Origin: Welwitschia mirabilis
Taxonomy: Eukaryota
Reading direction: 5' to 3'
NCBI GenBank assembly: GCA_051453625.1
Contig: JBOZIK010000001.1
Location: 49,199,645 to 49,263,644, forward strand
DNA: 64,000 nucleotides
Shown: positions 1 through 12,351 of the stretch, in pieces
Numbering within the stretch: the first letter of the stretch is position 1
Layout of the letters: each line of letters starts with the position of its first letter
Notes under the pieces: generated by a model
What the model was told of the DNA's origin: nothing
Databases searched by the model: none
Seen by the model: the letters and a program-made list of their open reading frames with translations, nothing else
Translations under genes and position numbers: made by a program

Positions 1-1431
1 AGATATATTATTATGAATCTCAAATTTGTGCTTATGTTAGTCTTAATTCTATAAGTCTTAAATGTGTTGAAATATATGACTATTATATAAAAATCATACA
101 ATTATGCATTAATATTTATTTTTTTGAAGGGTCATGAGTCATGATAATCTAACTTTATATTTAAAGAAGACACTAAATCTAGTTTTTAATCTTAAAGTTA
201 GTCACTTTGACTGTTGAAATTATCCTATTGTAAAAAATAATGCTTTTATAATAAGATGGATAATCATAACTCAGGGCCCTTAATTAAGTAATTCATTAAA
301 ATTTAAAATTAAAGGAAAAACTTATTTATATATAGTATAAATCAAGGTAGAAGCATCATGGAAAAATAAATATATATTTACAAATAAAATAGTGTCACAT
401 ATAGTGATACTAGATGAATAAAAAAATATCTAGCTTTTAGAAGATCTCCCAAATCTTATGCAGACAGTTAACATTAGCATGCAAGTCAAGTTTATAATAT
501 TGCTAAAAGATAGCATTCTATTTTTCTTTCCAATAACTATTAAGAGTATTCTATCAACACATTCTTTTATTAGCAAGAAGCTTACAAGATATTCTTGCGC
601 ATCTGCTAGTGGAGTATAACTTCATTTTGAGTTGACACACTTCTTTTTCATAGAAAAACAAAGATAAGAATTAGACATATTTGAAATAAAGGTTAAGAAA
701 TTATTTCCCTTTTCATTATGATCCAGAATATATTCAAAATAGAGTGAAGTATCTATGCAAGAATTGGCTAAAAATTACTTATGTTAATTAAGGAGGAAAG
801 AGGAAACTAATGAGATAAAGAAATTTCCTACATGCAAGAAAATTTAAAAATTTTAAAGAAATTATAAGATTAAAGATAGAATCTATCAAGGTATTTAAAT
901 ATAAGCTATTCTTGGGTTCTAACTCCTTTCTAGATGGAGAAGTCAAAATAACTTTTAGAAGGTTAAGACATAGAATTAAAACACTTCTTACATATTTTAA
1001 CATAAAAATTTCCTAATTTAATAAAAATATTATATATAAAATAAAATTTACCAAAAATAGTCTAGATAACCTAAAAATTTAATGGAAACATTTAGGGAAT
1101 AAATGCTACATATTCCAACAAAAACATCATAAACTTATAAGTAATCTAAACTACATAATGATGAGGGTCTTTCCTTTTATTGATGGTATAAGATTTAAAA
1201 TAATTATACAATAAAAGGGAAACACCTCCTTTACTTTTAAGATAATTAGTTGTCATAAACAAATGTTGAGAAGAAATATCTTTAGAAGTAAACTAGACCT
1301 CTATAAAATTAATTTTAATCTCTAACAAATCTAAAACATGAATCACCATGATTTAGTAAGAAGTGCTTAGCCACATAATTTCTAGTAAGAGTTGTTAAAA
1401 CCTTAATACTCCATGAAGTAAAATTAATCAT
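1..1431 (-). pseudogene. L1-type LINE ORF2 remnant (APE endonuclease N-terminus), running off the left edge
   Basis: Minus-strand translation from ATG at 1431 gives MINFTSWSIK (cf. SWN(V/I)RG). It is followed in order by LLEIK (cf. LQETK), KGGVSLL (cf. GG..LLW), IFGKFY (cf. GDFN) and KYLDRF at ~879-896 (cf. RLDRF). There are many stops and frameshifts. Confidence 0.65.
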
Positions 1432-1599
1432 GGTATGATTATAATAATAGAATAGTTCATGGAATCTTCACTACTATCATTTTCAAGGAAAAAAAACTAA
1501 AATAAATTTTTTAAAAAATTTTCACCAAGCATTGAGCTCTAATCTCATTCTATATTAGTGAAGGGGTTAACTCATATCTTATTTATAAAAAGTAATATT

Positions 1600-2400
1600 A
1601 TTTAGTTGTCCATGCTAGATCCTCCATATTACATTCATTTCTATTTTTATTTAAGAATTGGATAAGAGTACCTCATAAATCTAAAGGTAATGAATATGAA
1701 ATAAAGTTGTTGAGGATTTTTCATTAGAGAGGCTTTGCCACTACTTATGTTTATTATCTAATCCTTCTAAAACAATTTCTTAATGAGAAAGTTAGGTAAA
1801 TTCATTTTTCTATGTCCCTTATTTCCACATTAGGAATGATTATTCATTAGAAGAAAAAAAGCATCTTACTTGTTGTTCATGTTTACTAATACCAATCTAA
1901 ACTTCAGCCATCTCAAAAAGTGGTTTGGTAAGATGCACCTAAAAACATAACTATTTTATTAGCCCTAAATTAATAAATTTCTAATGATATTTTACGATGT
2001 ATATCCTAATGATATCATACATTTGATAAATGAATGGTCATAAATCCTGGGGTAAATTAGAAAAATCTACCTGCTTTGAGATTTAAAGATATTCATATAT
2101 GATTTTAAAACATAATTCTCATACTTAAAAATGCTAGCTTGCCTCTAATATGCTAAGGATATTATTCTTAACTTCTTTGGTATTCACATTTTCATGAAAG
2201 TAAAACAAAATGAAACCACTTGAATTATTATTAACTAATATTACTTAGATCCCTTTGAAAGTCCAAGTAGTATGCAATTAGGCTCTAAACCCATTAGTGG
2301 AAGATGTGAATCTAATAGAAAACCAATTAGGTTTTCCTATTAAAATTGATAATAGTAGTTATTATAGAAATTCTCAATTAGAGATAAGATAGTTTAGAGA
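1600..2400 (-). pseudogene. L1-type LINE ORF1 remnant (DUF4283-like region plus CCHC zinc knuckle)
   Basis: Minus strand reads GFILFYFHEN (~2197-2217), VDFSNLPQDL* (~2040-2070; cf. WV.F.NLP..LW) and CGNKGHRKMN (1812-1829; cf. C..CG..GH). It lies directly upstream of the ORF2 remnant, in the expected order. Confidence 0.65.
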
Positions 2401-2559
2401 AGAGGTTAAGAATTTGCAAGGTTACAATTGGAAGGGATTAAAGCATTAGTGGTTGAAAACCTACTATTTACCATAATAACCATTTACTCTAAATTTGATT
2501 TTAGTAACAAACCATTAAATTTAAAAACATTTCTTAAATCTAATAATTTTTTAAATTAG

Positions 2560-3488
2560 TGTTATGATTTTATGAAGAAGTATTTAGTGCTTTATTTAGT
2601 TTATACCAAGTTATATGGCTCTAATTATTTCTAAATCTTGTTCTAATCTTTGTTTATTTCTGATTATCATCATATTTGAAATCATATTTTAATACCACAT
2701 TAGAGTTTCAACTAACATACCAAGATTTAAATTTTAATAGCATTAAAATTGAAAAAATAAGGTGAAAAATACAAATAAAACTATAGTAGGACTCATAGAT
2801 ACAAAATGAATTAAATTTTTAAAAATTAAACTTGAAATAATTAAGTAAAATAACTTGAAATTAATATTACAAGATGATACTAAAGGTCATATCAAATAAA
2901 ATCACTTTAATTGAAGCCATATGCCTTATAACCTTCATTAATAAAATTATAACTACAATAATAAATGTAACATCTTAATCAATTATTCATGTAAGCTTAA
3001 TAATTATTAAATTAGAATGCAAACCCTAACCCTAGATGTATAAATACAAGTCATATCCTCATAAGTTACTGGCTATTATTGTACTATAATGCTAACAATT
3101 TATTTTCATAGTTATAATTATAATGTTATTTTATTTATAATGAAATAGTTATTGCCATAGCTATGATTCCATATCATTTTTGTTTTTTCAAATTCTATCT
3201 TAGCTTTACCTTTACATGGTAATCTAATACCTTAATTATCCTTCTTCTTAACATGACATTAAAAAATAGTTTTTAGTTAAATTACTATTAATATATTAGC
3301 CCTTATATAAGCTTAAGAATGAGGAATAATTTTTTTTGAGATTTACAAGAATTATGTTTTTGCTTTAAGTGTATAATTAATTTAAACCCAAGGTTTTGAG
3401 AACACTTACACTCTATATTTACAAATTTTATTTTTTTTATAGAATAAATATGGGATTAAAAGGATAAAACTCCTTATAAATTTATTCA
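2560..3488 (+). repeat. Putative 5' LTR of the host Copia element
   Basis: Starts TGTTA, has a TATAAATA box at ~3039 and ends TTCA. It is followed by TAGTATCAAAG at 3491-3501 (decayed TGGTATCAGAG, tRNAi-Met PBS). The left boundary is uncertain and there is no second copy in the window. Confidence 0.5.
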
Positions 3489-4700
3489 TATAGTATCAAA
3501 GGGATTATAAAAATAAGAAGAATGAAGATAAACTTAACATGAGCATAATATTTCTTTAGAAAACATGGTTTTGTTGTTAGGAACTTTTACAATTATCATA
3601 CAAAAGGTTAAACATCATATACTAATGTCAAGAATTATATGTAAAAGTGATATATCATACATTATAGTTGAATATATATTACACATGAAAGTTAGACATC
3701 ATGCATGAAGTTGAATGTCATACACCAAATTAGTTACCACATGTGAAAGTTGGGCATCATAAGTAAACATTAGAAATCACATACCGAAAAAGATTTAAAC
3801 CTTATATAGTCTTTAACCAAAATTTGGATGCCATACATTAAGGTATTATAAGTTAGGATAACATATAGATTTAGTTTATTGCAAATTAGGCTTAACAAAG
3901 AACTATCCTTCATACAAGTTAAGCTTGATACAACTAGAAACTTAATACACATGATATTCTTGATATAACTAAAAGACTAATATAACTAAGGGGTTGATAA
4001 AAGTTATAGGCTAGAGATAACAAAGGGCTTGATACAAGACAATGATTTGTTATAGTTAAGACTCAAATATTAAATTTCATTGAACACATATATATTATGA
4101 ACTATCTATTAGTTATTAGTAATTATATAAGGTTTAAAAACTTGAAATGATTCATCTAGAATAATTTAAACCTCATAATATATTTTATACTCTATAAGAA
4201 AGGATTTTTAGTATTTATCACAAATTTTAAAAACTCAAAATGAAGAATTCAAGTGGATCTAAGATACTAAGATTGACATAAGCAATATAAGAATAGTAAA
4301 AACATCACTTTAAGATAAATATTATTATGATCTTAAAAGGTAATTCTCATTAGGTAGGTGATATGGTTGGACTAATAGGTATAAAGGTACATATCCACAT
4401 ATAAGATTGTGAAATACTAAAAATGATATTTAGTAAGAAAGTAAACATGAAGTTCTTTTATATCCTAAATTAGATGAATAAAGTTTATATAGAAAGAGGT
4501 ATGAAATTAGAGGCAATAAATAATATATGATGCTCAAAAAAATTATTGATAAGGATTATATAAAATACTACATTACATAGGAATTCTTAATTAAGAGTTA
4601 TTAAGTGATATTAAAATATAACTCTGTAGTAACAATACTACTAGTTAGGAAAAAACTAAAGATCATTGATTTCAAAATGATATCTAAGATTCTACAAAAC

Positions 4701-6143
4701 TATTAACATATAAAATAACATTTATGTCAAGTGTTTTAGGCTAATTTATTATAACTAAAGACATTAATTTAATTATTTTAGTCATAAAATATGTCTTCTA
4801 TTATTTTTAGAAAGAAACTTAATTTTATGCTTTTTTCTAGAATAATTGCAGATCTTTAGACACGTTTTAGAACACATGGCAGAAGATGGATACAATTATG
4901 CAGAAAACGATAATAGTAATACATGATGTGGTAACACCTAGAATTAGCATTGGAAGACATGGGATAGTGGAATGTGGAAGTGGCACTAGAGACATGTGAT
5001 GATAACACTGGTTTGTAGAGAAATATAGATCCAAAGGCACATATTGCATTCATCAAGATGAGGATTTCACCTAATACAATAAAAAAACCTCCACAAAACA
5101 CTATAAGATAACTTCCATTAAATGCTAAATGATGTATATTCTATCTAATGCTATAGAATAGAATCATATCTACCTAACACTACATGAAAACCTTTACCAA
5201 ATGCTACAGGGTAGAATATTAGTTACCTAGTGCTACATGACATCCTCCACCAAATGATACAAGATAGAATCTTATCTACATAATGCTAAATGTTGGAAAT
5301 TCTACCTCATGCTATAGGATGAAGTCCACCTAATTCACTTACTATTACAAGCGAAAGGCTTTTAATCACCTCAACCATACCCTTACCTATAAAAGAATCT
5401 TGAGCCCTCATTTGTTAACATTCTTTGATGGGTATAGTAGTAGAACTCCTTGGAGCATTACAATCGACATGGCCTTTTAAGTATCTTCTTTATTAGTGAG
5501 CTTGTTTTAAGGCTAGCTTAAGGATTTCATACTAGAATCTTCTTCTTGTTTGAATGCAATGTTCTTTTTCCTAATTTAATACAAATTAGTAATTCAATTT
5601 TTATTTCAAATTACAAATAGCTTTGTACTTTTAATTCTTAAGTAAAAACTATAGATTATCAATTTATATTATTAACTGAGTGAATTTCATATGTTAGCTA
5701 GTTTAAGTTACTTTTATTTTATGGATTTTAAGTATTTTAAGTCCTTACTTTACATACTTATTTAAAAGCTATAAAGGACCAAGTGACTATTTAACTCACT
5801 AATTCTAATATGGTGAATGAAATTATGTCATCATCATTTGAGCCATCAATGACTTGATAATTTAAGTTATGTTTCAAGAAAGTGCAAGATATCATTGGAT
5901 TAAAGGATTAATGGAGGATAAATTAGGCAAAAAATTGGATCTTGTTCACTTCTATACATCTCTAATCAAATTTTTAACTCAATTCTTAATTCTCTCTTTA
6001 TTTTATTCTTTCTTTTAATTATAACTATAAGATAAGCAAGAATCTATGTAATATTTGTTAAGTTACTATAATTATTCCTATTGAAGAATAATACTAGGCA
6101 TTCACCCAGTCTATTTTAGTTTAATTGTACAAAACAATAAATA
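4701..6143 (+). repeat. 5' LTR, family A
   Basis: Begins TATTAACAT (other copies TGTTAACAT) and aligns by eye along its length with 10553-11915 and 48011-49320. A PBS follows. Confidence 0.85.
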
Positions 6144-9100
6144 AACGTTTGTGTTGTTGTTGGGAACAATGGCATGATAGCTTCTCAGGAGAGCACAATT
6201 CTACTTTTTTGCAATTCTTTTAAATTTAGTTTTTATTTACCTAGTAGTTGCTAGTAGTTATTTTCTAGTGAAACCCCAACTGGTCCTTGTTGTTTTCTTT
6301 TAAGTGTTTATTTCATTTTCCTTTCTTACCAGTGATGGGTAATTTGTTTCTAATGATATCCAGACTAGTTTTTTTCAAAGTTTTGTTTAGTTTTTTAATT
6401 TTAATATAAAATGTAATTCCATATTACATATTTTATATCATAAATCTAATAAATTTTTTATAGGTTACAACTAAAATAAGGATTGAAAAACTTGAAAAAA
6501 CTAATATGAAACTAAATTTTTTTAGTATTTCCCTTTTATTTTCTGCAATTTTTCTCTTTGGTAGTTAGCTTCTATTTTTTAACTATATTTAAATTTATTT
6601 ATTAAAATTATGCAAATAAAAATTTATTTTAGGTCCCATTCCCTTAATTGCTATTTCACCTTGTGTTACTACCATTGTCTTTTTCACTGTGTATTTTTAT
6701 ACCCCATAACATGAAACATTTTATATAGTCCTAAACATAACCTCACTTTTTTCTCAAGCCATTTTTTTAAACAAGTAGCATCACTATCCTTTTTTTCTCA
6801 AAATCCTCTCAAACTTCACATGTACCTTTTTTTAGAACCTCTGAACCCTTTGTAGTATTATCCTCCTTCTGAAACCTTAAAAAAGTTATGATAAGATAAT
6901 CCTATAGTGAATTTTATTGAAAATGTTTTGGATCTCAACATGAATTGGATACATGATCTTTTTTGATAGATTGTATTAAATACCTTATAAACTTCAAATG
7001 AACTCTAACACTAAGAACTGTAAAAATTCCTACAATTTTTCTATCCATGATCAACCTAAATTAACTATAGGAGATTACATTTGACCTAAGAAAACCTTAG
7101 TGCACTACCTTTAACATGAATTAACAAACCATAGCATTTTAAACTTTGAGACTCTTCTAACACTAGGAAAACTTAAATCTTAGAATCTTGTCTATATATA
7201 AATCAACCTCTTACAACATTGAATTTCAAAACCCATATTTTGACTAAAATGATTTTGATCTCATGCCTTCTACCATCAATCAAAAACCTTGTTCCTTATC
7301 ATTTGATCAATAACATCTACATTCCTACACTTAAGAATCTTCTTCAAATTCCTTAGAAGATACTCTACAAAGTTTCTTAGAAATTGCTGCCCTTAAAAAC
7401 ATTGAATGAATTATGAAATTTCATAAATGAATCACAAAAAATCTTGACTAAACTACCCAAAACAACACCTAAATTCTCCAACAAATTCTTTCTTCTTTAA
7501 ATCATAGTAAACCTAATAATCAACTTGAACGTAACCAACAATAAGAGAAAAACCTTCGTACATTTCATCAACCTAATTTTAGAAATCTTGAAGACCTTAA
7601 AAGGATTGATAATGAAGAAATTGATGATACCAAAGCCATATCATGTAGAAATGAGGAAGAAACCAATGAGGAAATCCATGAGTACCTTGAGTTTAAGAAT
7701 GCACTAGAGAATGATTGATTATTTGCAAATAGAATATAATTTGAAGGAGTATTAAACATATCAGAGGATGAGCAACATTAAAAGATGAGTAGCCATTTAA
7801 GGAAGGATATACCTTAAAGAATTATACAATAGAGGATGAGTCAATAAGTAATATCAATGATAAGAACAACATTAAATAAGATCCCTTTTTTAAATCATAA
7901 CCATTATCACTTACATAACCACATGAGGAAGAATTCCTTGCCAAGATTAATGAAGAGGAAAACATTAATAAAGAGTTCATACATGATCCATTCGATGAAA
8001 AAACTTTAGCCTTTATTTACTTTATGAGCTAACCATTTCGCCTTCATCTTTATCTTCTAAGAAAGGACCAAAACTTTTAGCTTTAGAATCATGTTCTGAT
8101 AATTTTCTTAACAAACATTCACCTTATCAAGTGGTTTCTAATTCATCTTTGTCTTCACCTCAAAAAGACATCTTGCATGAGTTGTTGAAGAAACATAAAC
8201 AAGCTAAAGGATGGATTATTTCTGACTTTAAAAACATAAATTTTACTATTTATGTTGATGTTCTTCTTAAGTTTTTGGGCTCATGTGTAAAATTCTACAT
8301 GTATTATATCCTAATTCAAAATTCTTTGCATAATTTTGATCCATTATCCAAGATTTACATTTAATACCATCTTGAGCCTTAATACATGCACCACCTTGGA
8401 AAATTCCTATCAAAATTTTTAGCTTCATTGTATGCTTTTAGATTACAATTTTTATTTAGAAGAGATTTTCCTTTTAGATTAAACTTAGAATAAAAAGATA
8501 TAAGAACCTTAATAACACTTTTACTGGATAGTCTTTCTTCACTTTTATTGGATAGTCTTTCTTTTTTAAAACCACTTAAGCATTACCACTTGTACAATGA
8601 TTATCTTAAATCCTTTTACTTAGAAAATATCACATTCCCACCCCCATCCCCTCTCCCCTCCATCATAGAATAAGAAATTTTTACCTTAAATGTCATCATC
8701 CATCCTTATTTCATAATGTTGATTAAGCCTCCAGTCCACCCTAACCCCTTCCCCCCCTCTCGACCTGGTCCCCCTTCCCCTTCACCATTACTCCATTGTC
8801 CCTACTCCCCTTCACTTTCATCTATGTATGAGTTCCTAATACTTGATAATCCTAGTTGATAGCCCTTAACAGATAAACCATTAATAAGTGATCATCTTGT
8901 CAGTATAATTTAGCTAGAATTTAACTTAACTTATATTTTCCAAGAAAAGGTTATGCTTATTTTTGAGCTATCTTATTAAGGTTAGCTTTACTTAAGGTCT
9001 CTAAGTTGGGAAATTATGATTGAAAAAGTTGAAATATACCTTCATACTATGTTATTTATTTTCAAGCATTTTATGGGAACAAGACCTTTCTTGATTAGGC

Positions 9101-10552
9101 TACTAAACCAATGATCCCTTTTATATACATAAAAAAAATATTGAATATGAGAAGAAGAATAAAAAGAAAACTAAAATGTATCTTCTTCAAAATTAAATTG
9201 GGTTTGGTTAACTACATAAGGATTATGGACACTTGCTGATAATGTAGCTCTAATGATCTATTTATAACATAATAAATTGCATCGGGACTGTAGACACTCA
9301 CTGACAATGTAGCACTAATTTCTTCAAGAAAGAACATGCTTAATTTTGTTGGAATAAAATGTCATAATACTTGATGCTCAATTTTATATAAATTCCTAAA
9401 ACAAGAAACATGTGTGATTATGGAAAAGGTAAATTATAAAAAGAAAAGGTGGGATTTAGAGATACTTCTTCTGATTGCTTTCTTTAACTTGTGTACTTGA
9501 AAATTGGCTTACTAATTTTTGAACTTTTATAGGTTTACTTAAATGATACTTGTTTGTTTGATATTGTAATCCATTTAAATAAACATAAAATTCATTAAAA
9601 AATTAATAAAATGGCCATTATCTTGGGCATTTTTATCTTTTTCATTCATAGGTATTTCAATTAGTTTTCATTTATATTGCCATGTGTTAGAAATAAAACC
9701 TCTAGTTGTAATGATTTTTAATTACATCATTCAAATTTATATTTCATCCTTGTTCTGTTCATTTCATTCACCATTGAATTCGGCCTATAACATCAAATAT
9801 TGTTATTTTAGATAATAAACCACTTCCTAAAATTTTATTACAAAGCCTCCAAATAGCCAGTGCCATTGATAGTTATTATTAATGTTGCCATTCAATTTAC
9901 AATTCCTACTTCTTAACTCTACTACCACATCAGACATCTTATTTAAAGTCCTTTTAGATTTTTGATCCTTGCTAAAGTTTTCTAGAAACTAGCTATAATT
10001 CATTTATGACAATCACATTTTACCTTCATTTTTTCATTTTTCACATTTAGCCTCATTCTCCTCACCTTCATAATAATTCTAATTTATAAAACAAGTGATT
10101 AATTATTACTTCTAAAGAGTCTTGGTCTTTCTGCATTTTTTTTATATGTCTATAATGTATTACATTAAAGTTTTTTGTATGATAGTATTATGTTCTATAA
10201 TGTGTTACAACAGAGTGATTTCCTAAGCTTGTTGTGTAATAAAAAGCCATGTAATCAAATTCTTTCTTTTAGAATGTTCCCAAAAGTTATATAAAATTTT
10301 CTATCTTTTAAAAATTTGAAGACAAAGTCTATTTTTGATTGGGGTGTATGAAATTCACATGAGATTTACATTTTTCAAGAAAAATTTTCAATTCTAGTGC
10401 CTTATTTTTCAAACATAGGACAACATTTTTCAAAGAAATTCATCATCCTTACATGCTTTAATGTTTTTTCTTATACATTTTTCTATGATAATCATTTTCT
10501 ATTACATCTTTTTTTTTCCTAAGGAAATAGAAAACACTTGGTTGAGAGTTGT

Positions 10553-11915
10553 GTTAACATGTAAAAATTAACATCTATATTAAGTGTTTCAGGCTGCTTT
10601 GTTATAAATGAAGATATTAATTTAATTATTTTAATCAAAAAATATGTCTTCTATTATTTTTAAAAGAAAACTTAATTTTATGGTTTTCTCCATAATAATT
10701 ATAGATCTTTAACCATGTTTTGGAACATATAATAGAAAAGGCATATAATTCTATACAAAAAAATGATGGCAATGGAGACATGGGTTAATGACATATAGTA
10801 ATAGCGTTGGAATACTTGTGGTAAGAACATGTGAAAGTGGCATTAGAGATAAGTGGCAATAGCACCATTTGGTAGAAGAATCTGGCTCTAAAGGCCACAT
10901 GTTGGACTCATCATGATGAAGATCTTCCTAACGCAATAAGATAACCTCCAATAAATACTATAAGATAACCTCTACCAAATGCTAAATTATGAATATTGTA
11001 ACTAATGCTATAAGAAAGAATGTTATCTACCTAACATTACATGACAACCTTTACCAAATACTACAAGAAAAAATCATATCTACCTAATTCTACATGACAA
11101 CCTTCACCAAACGTGATAGAATAAAATCTTATCTAGCTAATGCTAAATGACGAAGATTCCACCCTCAATCATAAAAGGATCTTGAGCCCTTATTTGTAAA
11201 CATCATTTGGTAGGTGAAGTTGCAAAATTCCTTGGAATATCATAACCAACATAGACTTTTATATATCTTATTTGGAAGGGAGCCTATTTAATGACTATCT
11301 TGAGGAGTTCATAGTAGCATCTTCTTCTTTTCTTTGATGTAATGTGCTTTTTTTGATTTAATACAAAGTAGTTTACTTTTGATTTCAAGTTGCAAATAGC
11401 TTTGCGCTTGTAATGCTTAAGAAAAAACTATATATTATCAAGTTATATTATTAACTGAGTAAATTTTATAAGTTAGTTGGTTTAAGTCACTCTTATTTGA
11501 TGGATTTTGAGTATCGTAAGTCCTTACCTTTCATACTTATTTAAGGGTTATGAAGGAATATGCGACTATTCAATTCACTAATCCTCATATGATGAATGAG
11601 TTTATGCCATTATAACCTAAGATATCATAACTTAATAGTTTAAGTTATGTGTCCAAAAACTATAGGATTTGATTGTATTAAAGAATTGCTTGAGCATAAA
11701 TTAAGCTAAACCTTGGAGCTTGTTATCTTCCCTACCTCTCTAGTCAAAGTTTTACCATAGTTAACTCTCTTTATTTTCTCCTTTCTTTTGATTGTAATTG
11801 TAAGATAGCAAGAGAATATGTAATTTTTATTAAATCATCACAATTATTCTCATGAAAAAATGACACTAGACATCCAACTAGTTTATTTTAATTTGACTAT
11901 ACTCAATAATGAACA
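10553..11915 (+). repeat. 3' LTR, family A
   Basis: TGTTAACATG...ATGAACA termini; homologous to 4701-6143. Confidence 0.85.
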
Positions 11916-12351
11916 TGCACCTTAATAATAAATATGATGTACACCAAAGGAGTGGCATAGGAACTAGTTTCATAGAAGATGAAGATAATTATAGTAGATT
12001 TCATAGTAAGTAACATTGAAAAGAAATTGATTCTATAAGTGAAACCTATAATCAAGAACATGATAATAAAGAAGACGAGCAAAAGAAGTAGTACTAAGAA
12101 GGTAAATGTTAGATAAAACCTAGATAAAGTATAAGAGATTATATATGGATATCTACTATAGATGTAAATTTCTAAATGACTAACTTCATAAGAAAGATAA
12201 ATCACATTAATAAAATAGATGAGGTAAGATTTAAAATCTTATTATAGTAAAAAATAATCAACATCCTATGTTAGAATTATGAACTAATAAAGTAGAGAAT
12301 AATTTTAGCATATTAGATCTTATAATGAATGAAATTTAACTAGTTTATTAG

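Larger units (their letters stand above)
4701..11915 (+). mobile_element. Athila-like LTR element, family A, non-autonomous (no RT/IN detected)
   Basis: Homologous LTRs lie at 4701-6143 and 10553-11915. There is a decayed tRNA-Asp PBS TTGTGTTGTTGTTGGGAA at 6149-6166 and a PPT-like GGTTGAGAGTTG just before 10553. The internal region includes LLKKHKQAKGWIISD (cf. Athila pre-RT L..HK.AIGW...D). The TSD is not preserved (AAAAC vs TGCAC). Confidence 0.8.

Noticed and set aside
3021..3035. Telomere-like AAACCCTAACCCTAG
   Set aside because: Only about two units (telo-box sized), common in LTR promoters; not an interstitial telomere.
4696..11920. TSD for the family A element
   Set aside because: Flanks AAAAC and TGCAC match at only 2/5 positions.
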